Below, one piece after another: positions 21,537 to 30,144 of a stretch of DNA of 32,000 bases. Below the pieces are notes generated by a model that was not told the DNA's origin, searched no databases, and was given only the letters and a program-made list of their open reading frames with translations. Each line of letters opens with the position of its first letter. Positions within the stretch are counted from its first letter, which is position 1. The position numbers and the translations under genes are program-made. The DNA is from Wolbachia endosymbiont of Litomosoides sigmodontis (GTDB lineage: Bacteria; Pseudomonadota; Alphaproteobacteria; Rickettsiales; Anaplasmataceae). The stretch lies in contig NZ_CP046577.1 of assembly GCF_013365435.1 (NCBI RefSeq), positions 60,001 through 92,000 of the forward strand, written 5' to 3'.

Positions 21537-22615
21537 CTAATTTCCACTGTACAAGAAACAGATAGATAATAATGGAAAAGAAGCCCTAATGAAGTAGGTA
21601 AAATAGCGAGATTTAAATAGTGTTAAAATTGAAATTATTGGATAAAAAAAATCGTGAAATCAACAAAAGGAATGCTGAAGGGAGTGCGAAATAACACATA
21701 CGTACAAAAAACTAAATGCTGTGTAACTATAGCAAAAAGTACAGTATAACATCTATAATAAAAATATGTTTCATTTTAAGAATAGCACTAACTGTACAAG
21801 TAAAATATCTCAAATTTGGAAGAGAAGAAAAATTGTTTGCTATTTTTTAATGTTGTAGAAAAACTAGATTGAATCAGGGTCAATTTAAATAAATTGAAGT
21901 ATGTATGCAGAAAGCCTGATCTTATTGAAAGAAATGCGAATAAGAACTTAGAAAATTTGGCTTGAATGTCAATAAGTCTACAGTACACTGTAATATATAA
22001 AAATGAAGTTTTCATATATTACGCGGAGACTAATTCACAATAAACGAGATAAAGGTAGATAAAAAGTAAAAAAACTTAACAAGACTATTGTAAATAGTCT
22101 AACAAGAGTTGTTCATCTTTGATGAATTGCAAGTTTGACACACATTCAAAAGTTGATACTAGTAGTTTAAAAATGATGTCAAAACACAGGTTAAAGTAAA
22201 ATAAAGTAGACAGAATTTTTATCTCTATAGCGTAGTCCATTCTAGAAATAGAGAGAATTTTAGCTTATTTGCATCAAATGTTAATACTGGCTATATAAAT
22301 ATATTTCTTGAACAAATGTTGCAATCACGAGGAGCCTTTCTTATCATTGATTGTGTTAATTAGAATAATTTAAAAACTTAAAGATATTTAAAAATATCAA
22401 GATTATATACCTGCCACCATACTTACCTAAACTCAATCCTAGTTGAGAGACTTTGGTTGTATATAAAACAAAACATTTTACATAGTAAAGTTTATAATAT
22501 AATTGCTTTACCTAAGAGGGCTTTGTACTAATTTATTATCTCATCTTTTTCATTCCACAATTAAATATCCTGCAATGTCAGTTATTTGCCCATTAAAAAT
22601 GATGATTTGTGTTAG
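21537..22615 (+). mobile_element. Decayed IS630-family element, copy H (near full length)
   Basis: The left end is ctaatttccactgtacaag. The right end cattaaaaatgatgatttgtgttag aligns with the right end of copy A (cattaacaataagagtttggattaa). The last 23 bp overlap the 3' end of the ratA-like CDS. Confidence 0.85.
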
Positions 22616-23057
22616 CAAAGCTCTCAACCCTGTCTTTAAACGCAGCGACTATTTTACTTTGTGTATATTTATATACTGAATTTAATAAAATGGAAAATGA
22701 GCTAGATTTAAACTCAAACTCTATATAAAACTTCACCATAGTTTTCTTTTCATCTATAAGAACGAATTTCCATTCATTATATAAACGCTTGAATATTCCA
22801 TTTGAGGATACTACTTTTATCCAACCTTCATTCGTTCCATTCGGAGAAAGGAAAGTTACCTCCGATGTATATCTTCCTTTAATTCCGTGGAAAGCGGCTG
22901 TGAGATCCACAACTACCTGATTATTAATTTTCTTCTTTAAGTAAACAGCTTTGCACCAAGGAACAAAATCAGGATATTTCTCAATATCAATTACAACCTG
23001 AAATACCTTATCAGGTAAACATAAGAAAATATCTTGTTCTTTGTATTGATGAAGCAT
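22593..23057 (-). CDS. ratA: SRPBCC-fold protein, RatA / COQ10 ubiquinone-binding family
   Basis: 154-aa ORF whose N-terminal block VFQVVIDIEKYPDFVPWC and length are typical of the COQ10/RatA (polyketide cyclase-dehydrase) family. The final codons and stop lie within the terminal repeat of IS copy H. Confidence 0.8.
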   Translation of the reverse strand: MLHQYKEQDIFLCLPDKVFQVVIDIEKYPDFVPWCKAVYLKKKINNQVVVDLTAAFHGIKGRYTSEVTFLSPNGTNEGWIKVVSSNGIFKRLYNEWKFVLIDEKKTMVKFYIEFEFKSSSFSILLNSVYKYTQSKIVAAFKDRVESFANTNHHF

Positions 23058-23359
23058 TAATTTAAATTAACTGGAACGAGATCCGTATCTAACGTTAGCC
23101 TTAGTAGATTCCTGAGACCAGAAGTTAAGGTGGGCATTACGTATCAACTTCAATGAAATCAATAGAGGCAATTCCCTTGATTAGAAATTATCGCTCGGGA
23201 AATTTAACTTAACTTATAACGTGTAGAACAGACCCCTGCAATTATAGCCAATTTATGCAAGGCGTGTCTATAAGTATATTGCAGTCAGCAAAAAACTAGC
23301 TATTATTTAGCTTTTATTAAACTTTGCATTTTGCATGTCATAGTTAGTGAATACATCTC

Positions 23360-23593
23360 ATGAATATTATTAGAGTCTTAATCATTATTATTTTCATTGT
23401 AATTTCTTTAAACGCTTACACTAATTGTGCAGATCGTGGAATTTTTGTGCATCCTGTGAAGCAAAAAGTGGATGGCATATCTATAACGGAAAATAAAAAA
23501 ATAGGGGAGCATGTATATAAAAAGCTTCAGGAAATCGTTCAAAATGATGTTGATTTCAAAAAATATCTCAATTTATTATGGAAAAATATGTAG
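23360..23593 (+). CDS. Hypothetical small exported protein
   Basis: 77-aa ORF with a hydrophobic N-terminal signal-like segment (MNIIRVLIIIIFIVISLNAYTNC). There is no recognisable Shine-Dalgarno and no family that I recognise. Confidence 0.4.
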   Translation: MNIIRVLIIIIFIVISLNAYTNCADRGIFVHPVKQKVDGISITENKKIGEHVYKKLQEIVQNDVDFKKYLNLLWKNM

Positions 23594-23698
23594 CTTTAGC
23601 TACCAAAAAAGAAAGAGAAGATTTTTAAAGAGGAAATGAAATGTATTTTACACGTTTGTGTATCATAATTTTATTATAAATACATGAATAATAATAAA

Positions 23699-24059
23699 AT
23701 GACTATAATAAGCTCAAGAGCAGTTGACGATGTAAGTTGTTTGATTAGTACAAGATTTTCTTATAACAATGAAGAATTTATAAATATTGATTTATAAAGT
23801 TACCAAAAATGTCAGTTCTTTCTTAGTTAGTGATGTTGCAATGAACGGGATAAGCGTTTCTATTAATCAATATTCTCAACTTAGTAAAAATTCTATATAT
23901 AGTATAATGCATGTTATAGATGAATTAAAGTATAACAATAATTTATGGTACATGCTTTATTGGCCTAAGCTGCTTGATAGCAGACTAAAAGTTTTTTTCT
24001 TGATCGTATTAAAGGGTTTTCTTAGCAAACTAAACAATTCTGAAAAAATACTCCTATAA
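23699..24059 (+). pseudogene. Possible frameshifted gene remnant (32-codon ORF plus 90-codon ORF in the +1 frame)
   Basis: ATG at 23699 opens a 32-codon frame ending at 23797. The 90-aa ORF at 23787-24059 overlaps it in the +1 frame, so one indel would join them. The region ends 43 bp before IS copy I. No family is recognised. Confidence 0.25.
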
Positions 24060-24102
24060 TCCATATAGCTGAAACCAATGAGAAAGACTCAATATTATCA
24101 TT

Positions 24103-25186
24103 CGAATACCAATTCTCATTATTAGTGGATCAAATATAAGTGACATTACAGAATTGTTTAATTGTGAGTGAGAAAAAGAGGTAATAAATTTGCACAAAGA
24201 GCTCGCAAGCAAAGCAATTGTATTATAGACTTTATTACGCAAAATATTCTGTTTTATACATAACTAAAGTCTCTCAATAAGATTGAACTCTGGCAAATCT
24301 GGTGATAGATATATAATCTCGATATTTTTTAGGTACCTTTAAATTTTTTGATTTATTTTTACTAACATAATCTATGTTAAGAAAGGATTCTCGTGATTGC
24401 GGCATTTATTCAAGAAATATATTTATGTAGCCAGTATTAACATTTGGTGCAAATAAGCTAAAATTCTCTCCATTTCTAGAATGGACTACGCTGTAGAGAT
24501 GAAAATTTTGTCTACTTGATTTTACTTTAACCTGTGTTTTGACGTCATTTTTAAATTACTAGTGTCAGCTTTTGAATGTGTGCCAAACTGCATTCATCAA
24601 AGATGAATAACTCTTGTTTAGGATATTTGCAATAGTCTTGTTAAGTTTTTTTACTTTTTATCTACCTTTATTTCGTTTATTGTGAATTAGTCTCCGCGTA
24701 ATATATGAAAACTTCATTTTTTGTATATGACGCGGTGTCTGTAGATTTATTAACATTCACGCCAAATTTTCCTGAGTTCTTATTTGCATTTCTTTAACAG
24801 TAATATTAATTTTTTTTTGCATATATACTTCAATTTGTTCAAATTAACTCTGATTCAATCTAGTTTTTCTGTAACGTTAAGAAGTAGCAAACAATTTTTC
24901 TTCTCTTCCATATTTGAGATATTTTATCTGTATAGTTAGTGCCATTCTTGAAATGAAACATGTTTTTACTATGTATGTTATACTGTGCTTTTTGCTACAA
25001 TTACAGCATTTAGTTTTTTGTACATATGCATTATTTCGCACTTCCTTCAGCATTTCTTTTGTTGATTTCACGGCTTTTTCATCCAATAATTTTAATTTCA
25101 GCGCAATTTAAATCTCGTTATTTTACCTACTTCATTAGAGCTTCCTGTTGTCTATTCTTTCCTTGTACGGTGGAGATTGGTATAAG
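24103..25186 (-). mobile_element. Decayed IS630-family element, copy I (near full length, inverted)
   Basis: The plus strand opens with the reverse-complemented right IR (cgaataccaattctcattattagtgg). It closes with the reverse-complemented left IR (cttgtacggtggagattggtataag). The HTH ORF is 24877-25086. It shares the derived block catatattacgcggagactaattcacaataaacga with copy H. Confidence 0.88.
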
Positions 25187-25197
25187 AAAAAGTTATC

Positions 25198-25226
25198 TTG
25201 ACATTATTGATATAAATACGTAGTTA
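25198..25226 (+). promoter_or_regulatory. Candidate sigma-70 promoter for dsbA (TTGACA-17 nt-TAGTTA)
   Basis: A perfect -35 TTGACA sits at 25198-25203. After a 17-nt spacer comes TAGTTA at 25221-25226, about 28 nt upstream of the dsbA ATG and 12 bp outside the end of IS copy I. This is a consensus match by eye only. Confidence 0.3.
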
Positions 25227-25253
25227 TTTAGCAAGTTAAATATTTATATTGTA

Positions 25254-25955
25254 ATGATTTTTAAGTTATTATTTTTATTGATCTTTATAAGTGTTAATTC
25301 TTATGCAGTGATTAAGCAGGACTTATCTAACAATCAGTACACTCAAAAAACTAATGAAATAACACCAAAAGAACTACTGTCGCCGTTGTCTGGTGATAAA
25401 TTATTGGGAAACCACAAAGCACCAATTCTAATGATAGAATATGCTTCACTTACTTGTTATCACTGTTCTCTTTTTCATAGGGAAGTTTTTCCTGAAATTA
25501 AAAAGAAATATATAGATACAGGTAAAATGCTATATATATTTCGTCATTTCCCTTTAGATTACAGGGGACTAAAGGCTGCAATGCTAAGTTATTGCTACGA
25601 GAAGCAAGAAGATTATTTTAATTTTAATAAAGCTGTTTTTAGTTCGATAGATTCATGGAATTACTCTAATTTAGGTGATTTAACTGTGTTACAAAAAGTG
25701 GCAGCACTAAGCAACTTAAAGCAAGATACATTTAATCGATGTATTAACGATGAGAAAGTAATGGATAAAATTATAAATGATAAATCACTAGCAATTAATA
25801 AGCTTGGCATTATGGCCACTCCGATATTTTTTATAAGACCTAACAATGATAAATCACATATAGAGCCTGATAAAATTAGATATGAAGGATATAAAACGCT
25901 AGGATATTTTGCTAACGTAATAGACAAACTATATGAAAAAGCTATAGTGAAGTGA
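25254..25955 (+). CDS. dsbA: DsbA-family periplasmic thiol:disulfide oxidoreductase (CYHC active site)
   Basis: 233-aa ORF with a signal peptide (MIFKLLFLLIFISVNSYA). It has a thioredoxin-fold active site SLTCYHCSLFH and a cis-Pro region ATPIFFI. A CYHC motif is what I recall for the Wolbachia alpha-DsbA1. Confidence 0.88.
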   Translation: MIFKLLFLLIFISVNSYAVIKQDLSNNQYTQKTNEITPKELLSPLSGDKLLGNHKAPILMIEYASLTCYHCSLFHREVFPEIKKKYIDTGKMLYIFRHFPLDYRGLKAAMLSYCYEKQEDYFNFNKAVFSSIDSWNYSNLGDLTVLQKVAALSNLKQDTFNRCINDEKVMDKIINDKSLAINKLGIMATPIFFIRPNNDKSHIEPDKIRYEGYKTLGYFANVIDKLYEKAIVK

Positions 25956-25984
25956 TACCACTGTAGCTTATCATACAAAAGGCT

Positions 25985-26263
25985 CTATACTGATCCATCA
26001 TTTTTCATCACTGCTTGTTGTTTTTTACGCTCAAACTCTCTTTTTTTACTGTGCCAAGCGTAATAATACATAGCAATTTTATTTTCTATCAATATTATTG
26101 TTCCATCATAAAACTGAACCATATCCATAACTTTTTTCTGGGCTTCATCAAAACGTTCCCTATACTTTTCACGATAAGCTGGGTTATTTAATAATGTAAC
26201 TCCTTCATCTTTGTTAGATTTTTTGCTTAACGTTTCAACTTCACTAGCAATGTTATAAGACAT
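25985..26263 (-). CDS. Hypothetical protein (92 aa)
   Basis: The ORF is preceded by a good Shine-Dalgarno (AGAGGGGA, 5 nt before the ATG). It is charged and helical-looking with no signal peptide. No family is recognised. Confidence 0.55.
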   Translation of the reverse strand: MSYNIASEVETLSKKSNKDEGVTLLNNPAYREKYRERFDEAQKKVMDMVQFYDGTIILIENKIAMYYYAWHSKKREFERKKQQAVMKNDGSV

Positions 26264-26511
26264 ATAATCCCCTCTAATTGATTATGAAAATTATATTTAA
26301 AAGAGAAACTTGCATATAAGTAGTTCCTTTAAATTTTAATGTGGCAGCCAATCAGCTGTTACATTAGTTAACTATGGTACTATATATCACAATTTTTGTC
26401 ACTTAAAATTTTACGCTATAAAATAATGGCCTAAAGTAAATGTTTGTATTATTTTAGGTATATCATTATTTATGAATTTTGTATTAATTAAGCCTTCCTG
26501 TAATACAAAAC

Positions 26512-27162
26512 ATGGCACGTAATAAATCTAACGTAAAACTGTCATATATACGAGATTTATTTGCAAAAGAATGCAAAGAAATAGAAGAGTATTGTCTTCT
26601 TAAAGAAAAACAACACATTCAAATTAGCGCTGAAGAAGGAAAGTTATTAAGTTTATTTATAAAAATTCATAAGGTAAAAAGTATCGTTGAAATTGGCACA
26701 TTATATGGTTACTCATCAATTTGTATGGCAAAAGCTCTACCTGAGTTTGGCCATATATATACAATAGAAAATAATCCTGAGCACTTTAAAATAGCAAAAA
26801 AAAATTTTAGTGCTTTTAATCTAGATAATAAAATTACTTTAATAGTAGGCAATGCATTGGAAAAATTGGCTGAATTATCAGCGAAGTCACCATATGACAT
26901 GATATTTATTGATGCTGATAAGGATGGCTATCCTAAATATTTAGATTGGGCAGAGTCGTACATTAGACAAGACGGACTGATTGTTGCAGATAATACTCTA
27001 TTATTTAACACAGTGTTTTTGGAATCACCTCCAAAAGAAGTATCAGAAAAATCATGGTGTGCTATGAGGGAATTTAATTATAGGTTATCAGATGAAGAAA
27101 AATATTACTCTATATTAATTCCAACTGATGAAGGAATGACTGTAGCTTTAAAGCTTACGTAA
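26512..27162 (+). CDS. Class I SAM-dependent O-methyltransferase (caffeoyl-CoA/catechol OMT-like family)
   Basis: 216-aa ORF with SAM-binding motif I VEIGTLYGYSS. The metal/substrate block IFIDADKDGYPKYLDWA and the segment GLIVADNTL are typical of the Methyltransf_3 family. Confidence 0.85.
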   Translation: MARNKSNVKLSYIRDLFAKECKEIEEYCLLKEKQHIQISAEEGKLLSLFIKIHKVKSIVEIGTLYGYSSICMAKALPEFGHIYTIENNPEHFKIAKKNFSAFNLDNKITLIVGNALEKLAELSAKSPYDMIFIDADKDGYPKYLDWAESYIRQDGLIVADNTLLFNTVFLESPPKEVSEKSWCAMREFNYRLSDEEKYYSILIPTDEGMTVALKLT

Positions 27163-27163
27163 A

Positions 27164-27817
27164 CTAAAAATCAAAGTCAGCGTAGTGTGGAGGAGGAATT
27201 AACCCGGGAACTCTTTCTAATAACATCTCACGAAAGCAAGGCCTTGACTTTACAATGGAATACCATTCTTTTAAAATTTTACTTTTTTCCCATGGAAAGC
27301 TATTTACGTAATCCATTACAGAAATATGTGATGCCAAAGTAATGTCAGCTAAAGTGAACTTATCAGTTGCAAGCCAAACATTTTTGTTAATTAAGTACTC
27401 AATATACTCTATATGGCAAGATAGATTATGTTGAGCTGCATGGAGAAACCTGGAGTCAGGACTGCGGTTAATTATTACTTTCTCGTTTATAATATATTTA
27501 GTAACTTCATGATAAAATTTATTATCAAACCAATTAATTAAAGCACGTATTTGAGATTTAACAACAATAGACGAGTCAAGCAATTTGATATCGCTATTGT
27601 AAGTTTCTTCTAGATATTCACAAATAGCGTTGCTGTCTGCTATAATAAAGCTATTATCTATAAGCACTGGTACCTGTCCAGTTGGATTAATCTTCATAAA
27701 TTCATTTCGCTTCTCCCAAGGATTTTCATATACTAAATCGCAGCTCAGCTTTTTTTCCTTAAGGAAGGCTCTGGCTTTTCGTGAAAATGGACAAAGGGGA
27801 AAGTGATGTAAAATCAT
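27164..27817 (-). CDS. Glutathione S-transferase family protein
   Basis: It has a thioredoxin-like N-domain (MILHHFPLCPFSRKARAFL ... QVPVL) and a helical C-domain. I place the start at the ATG at 27817 because AGGAGAGG lies 4 nt upstream. The open frame extends to an upstream ATG at 27895, which would add 26 highly charged residues. Its stop is 1 nt from the stop of the convergent O-methyltransferase. Confidence 0.82.
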   Translation of the reverse strand: MILHHFPLCPFSRKARAFLKEKKLSCDLVYENPWEKRNEFMKINPTGQVPVLIDNSFIIADSNAICEYLEETYNSDIKLLDSSIVVKSQIRALINWFDNKFYHEVTKYIINEKVIINRSPDSRFLHAAQHNLSCHIEYIEYLINKNVWLATDKFTLADITLASHISVMDYVNSFPWEKSKILKEWYSIVKSRPCFREMLLERVPGLIPPPHYADFDF

Positions 27818-28212
27818 AATACCTCTCCTATCATCTTTCTTTTCTTCATGCTCTCTTTTTCTTTTGTCATCCGAGTACGTGATACTGTGATCCAAAGAAA
27901 AAGATGTGGATTTTAGTAGATCTTGTACAATAACCTCTTATTGCTTTGGCACTTATCATTCTATGGCTTGGCCACATGGTCTAGTTGTTTAAGAGATTTC
28001 CAGGTTCTAGTATTGCGCATTAGGATGATATAAATAAGCACTTAACTAAAATGATATAAATAAAAATTTAGATAACAATCTTGTAGTGACTTGCATAACA
28101 ACTAACTTTTTACTTACTTCAAAGTAGCGCTGTAAAAAATTTAGCATATCAAATTATGAGGCTAATATAGAATATACCTTGCTAAATAAAAAAATAAAGT
28201 ATAACCTTTTAC

Positions 28213-28296
28213 AAGGTATGCAGGCAAAAACTCTGTAACTTGGTCAGATCAGAGATGAAGCAGCCATATCAGAATCTTTATTGGGTTGCATACCTA
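28213..28296 (+). ncRNA. ffs: Signal recognition particle RNA (4.5S RNA)
   Basis: The sequence GGTCAGATCAGAGATGAAGCAGCC matches the universally conserved domain IV core (E. coli GGUCAGGUCCGGAAGGAAGCAGCC). This includes a GNRA tetraloop (GAGA) closed by UCA/UGA. The outer helix is GGTATGCA (28215-28222) with TGCATACC (28287-28294). It sits just upstream of dnaX, a common position. The ends are approximate. Confidence 0.8.
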
Positions 28297-28323
28297 ATCT
28301 TGTCATTTATTTTAACATAAATC

Positions 28324-29808
28324 ATGAACATAGCATTAAAATACCGTCCTGGCAGCTTTAAAGATTTAGTAGGTCAAGATATATTAGTGCGTATATTAGA
28401 AAACGCTTTTAATCTCAACAAAATTCCACAATCTATACTACTCTCCGGCAATAGTGGAGTGGGTAAAACTACCACAGCAAGAATAATAGCTTTGTGTTTA
28501 AATTGTTCCTTGGGACCAACTTTTGAGCCGTGTGGATCATGTAAAAATTGTCTGGCGATAAAAAATTCAAGCCATCCAGATGTGATTGAAATCGATGCAG
28601 CAAGTCATACTAGCGTTGATGATATAAAAGTAATCCTAGGAGATATTTGCTATTCACCTATAAGGTCTAAGTTCAAAGTTTATATTATAGATGAAGTACA
28701 TATGTTATCCAGTAGTGCATTTAATGCATTACTTAAAACCTTAGAAGAGCCACCGTTAAGTGTAAAGTTTATTTTAGCAACTACAGAGATAAAAAAGATA
28801 CCAATCACTATTGTTGCACGTTGTCAAAGATTTGATTTACGTAACATTCCTATAGCTAAAGTAATAGAGCGTTTGAATGATATTGCACAGAAAGAAAATT
28901 ATTTCCTTGAAAAAGAGGCATCAGAATTAATTGCGCGTCGTTCTGGCAATTCAATGCGTAACGCCTTGTTTTTGATGAATCAAGCAGTGCTCTATACTAA
29001 AGATAGTATAATATCTGCCAAAAGTGTGATGGATATACTTGGCTTAGTGAATAAAGATATTATGTTTGATCTATTGGAAGCAATATTGAATGGTGATTTA
29101 CAGAAAGCTCTATCATTGTTCGATAAAGCAGTGGAAACAGCAAACCCGCTTAGTATTTTTGAAGGTCTATTACAGACAATTCAGTTGATATGCCGTTTTT
29201 TAGTTACAAAGGAGATTGATAATTCGGTTACGGAATGTGAGAAGAACAGGATAAAAGACCTGGGTGTAAAGAAGTCTTTAATATTTTTATCAAGATTATG
29301 GAAAATATTACTCAAGGGAGTTCAAGATATAAAAACTTCGACATGCAGTGATGTTGCTGCTGAGATGATGTTAATTAGCCTCTGTTATCTTTCTGATCTA
29401 CCTTCTCCTGAGCAGGTAGTTAAGAAGGTTCTTGCGCAAAGTACACAGCGGAGGAATACATGCAGCGCAGAAAACATACAACAAAAAAGTTATGATTTTG
29501 ACAAGATTTTGCAACTATTACGATGGAATAACCAAATTTATCTTTACAAGCAGCTATGTAATAATCTACAATTAGTGGACTGCAAACCTGGGTATTTAAA
29601 ATTAAAAGCTGTATCTCAGTTGGATAGTAATTTTTGTAATGACTTAAAAAATTACTTAAGTCAGCTAACTAAGCAAGAGTGGGTTGTTATAATTGATGCA
29701 GGTTATATAAATAAGGGAGCAAGTAGCTTAAGTTATACACCTGCAATCAAGGGTATACTTGATACATTTAAGGGTGCAGAGGTGGTTAATATAGAGAATA
29801 AGGAGTAA
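28324..29808 (+). CDS. dnaX: DNA polymerase III subunit gamma/tau
   Basis: 494-aa ORF with Walker A GNSGVGKTT and a Zn module CLNC...CGSCKNC. Walker B IIDEVHML and the sensor/SRC segment VARCQRF are present. Confidence 0.95.
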   Translation: MNIALKYRPGSFKDLVGQDILVRILENAFNLNKIPQSILLSGNSGVGKTTTARIIALCLNCSLGPTFEPCGSCKNCLAIKNSSHPDVIEIDAASHTSVDDIKVILGDICYSPIRSKFKVYIIDEVHMLSSSAFNALLKTLEEPPLSVKFILATTEIKKIPITIVARCQRFDLRNIPIAKVIERLNDIAQKENYFLEKEASELIARRSGNSMRNALFLMNQAVLYTKDSIISAKSVMDILGLVNKDIMFDLLEAILNGDLQKALSLFDKAVETANPLSIFEGLLQTIQLICRFLVTKEIDNSVTECEKNRIKDLGVKKSLIFLSRLWKILLKGVQDIKTSTCSDVAAEMMLISLCYLSDLPSPEQVVKKVLAQSTQRRNTCSAENIQQKSYDFDKILQLLRWNNQIYLYKQLCNNLQLVDCKPGYLKLKAVSQLDSNFCNDLKNYLSQLTKQEWVVIIDAGYINKGASSLSYTPAIKGILDTFKGAEVVNIENKE

Positions 29809-29811
29809 GTT

Positions 29812-30144
29812 GTGGATTTTAATCAGATAATGAAGCAAGCGCAAGAGATGCAAAAGAAGCTTACAGAAGCTCAAGAAAAGTATATTGGTAAAGAATTTCA
29901 AGGTATTTCCGGTGGGGGTAGAGTTTCTGTGTTGATAAAAGTCATAAAAATAGGTGGTTATAAGGCTAAAAAGGTAAACATAGACTTAGAGCTTATGAGG
30001 AATGAGGAGAAGGATATAGTAGAAGATTTGGTAACGGCAGCATTCAATGATGCTGTTAAGAAGGCAGAGGAGGATATGACAAATACAACCTCCGATCTTG
30101 CAGGTATGATGAGTTTACCACCTGGGTTTAAACTTCCCTTTTAA
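29812..30144 (+). CDS. ybaB: YbaB/EbfC family nucleoid-associated protein
   Basis: 110-aa ORF with a GTG start 3 nt after the dnaX stop, the classic dnaX-ybaB arrangement. The N-terminus NQIMKQAQEMQKKL and the GGG.V block are typical of the family. Confidence 0.9.
   Translation: MDFNQIMKQAQEMQKKLTEAQEKYIGKEFQGISGGGRVSVLIKVIKIGGYKAKKVNIDLELMRNEEKDIVEDLVTAAFNDAVKKAEEDMTNTTSDLAGMMSLPPGFKLPF

Noticed and set aside
22593-23057. RatA as the toxin of a type II toxin-antitoxin system
   Set aside because: No small partner ORF is adjacent or overlapping. In alpha-proteobacteria and mitochondria this fold is the COQ10-type ubiquinone-binding protein, so a housekeeping role is more likely.
23058-23359. 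tmRNA (two-piece alpha-proteobacterial ssrA), RNase P RNA or another known structured RNA in the GC-richer spacer
   Set aside because: I found no T-arm (GGTTCGA-like), no acceptor-CCA segment and no alanine-resume tag frame ending in a hydrophobic LAA-type tail. I also found no RNase P conserved blocks. It is retained only as an unexplained region in the findings.
25254-27895. DsbA, orphan ORF, O-methyltransferase and GST as a coordinated redox/detoxification system
   Set aside because: The four genes alternate strands (+,-,+,-) with separate spacers, so they cannot form an operon. Each family is common and individually explained, and co-location alone is not evidence of a system.
27818-27895. 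26-residue N-terminal extension of the GST (MDHSITYSDDKRKREHEEKKDDRRGI)
   Set aside because: The extension is highly charged and low in complexity, and it lies upstream of a strong Shine-Dalgarno for the internal ATG at 27817. GST N-domains normally begin right at the beta-1 strand (MILHHFP), so it is probably not translated.
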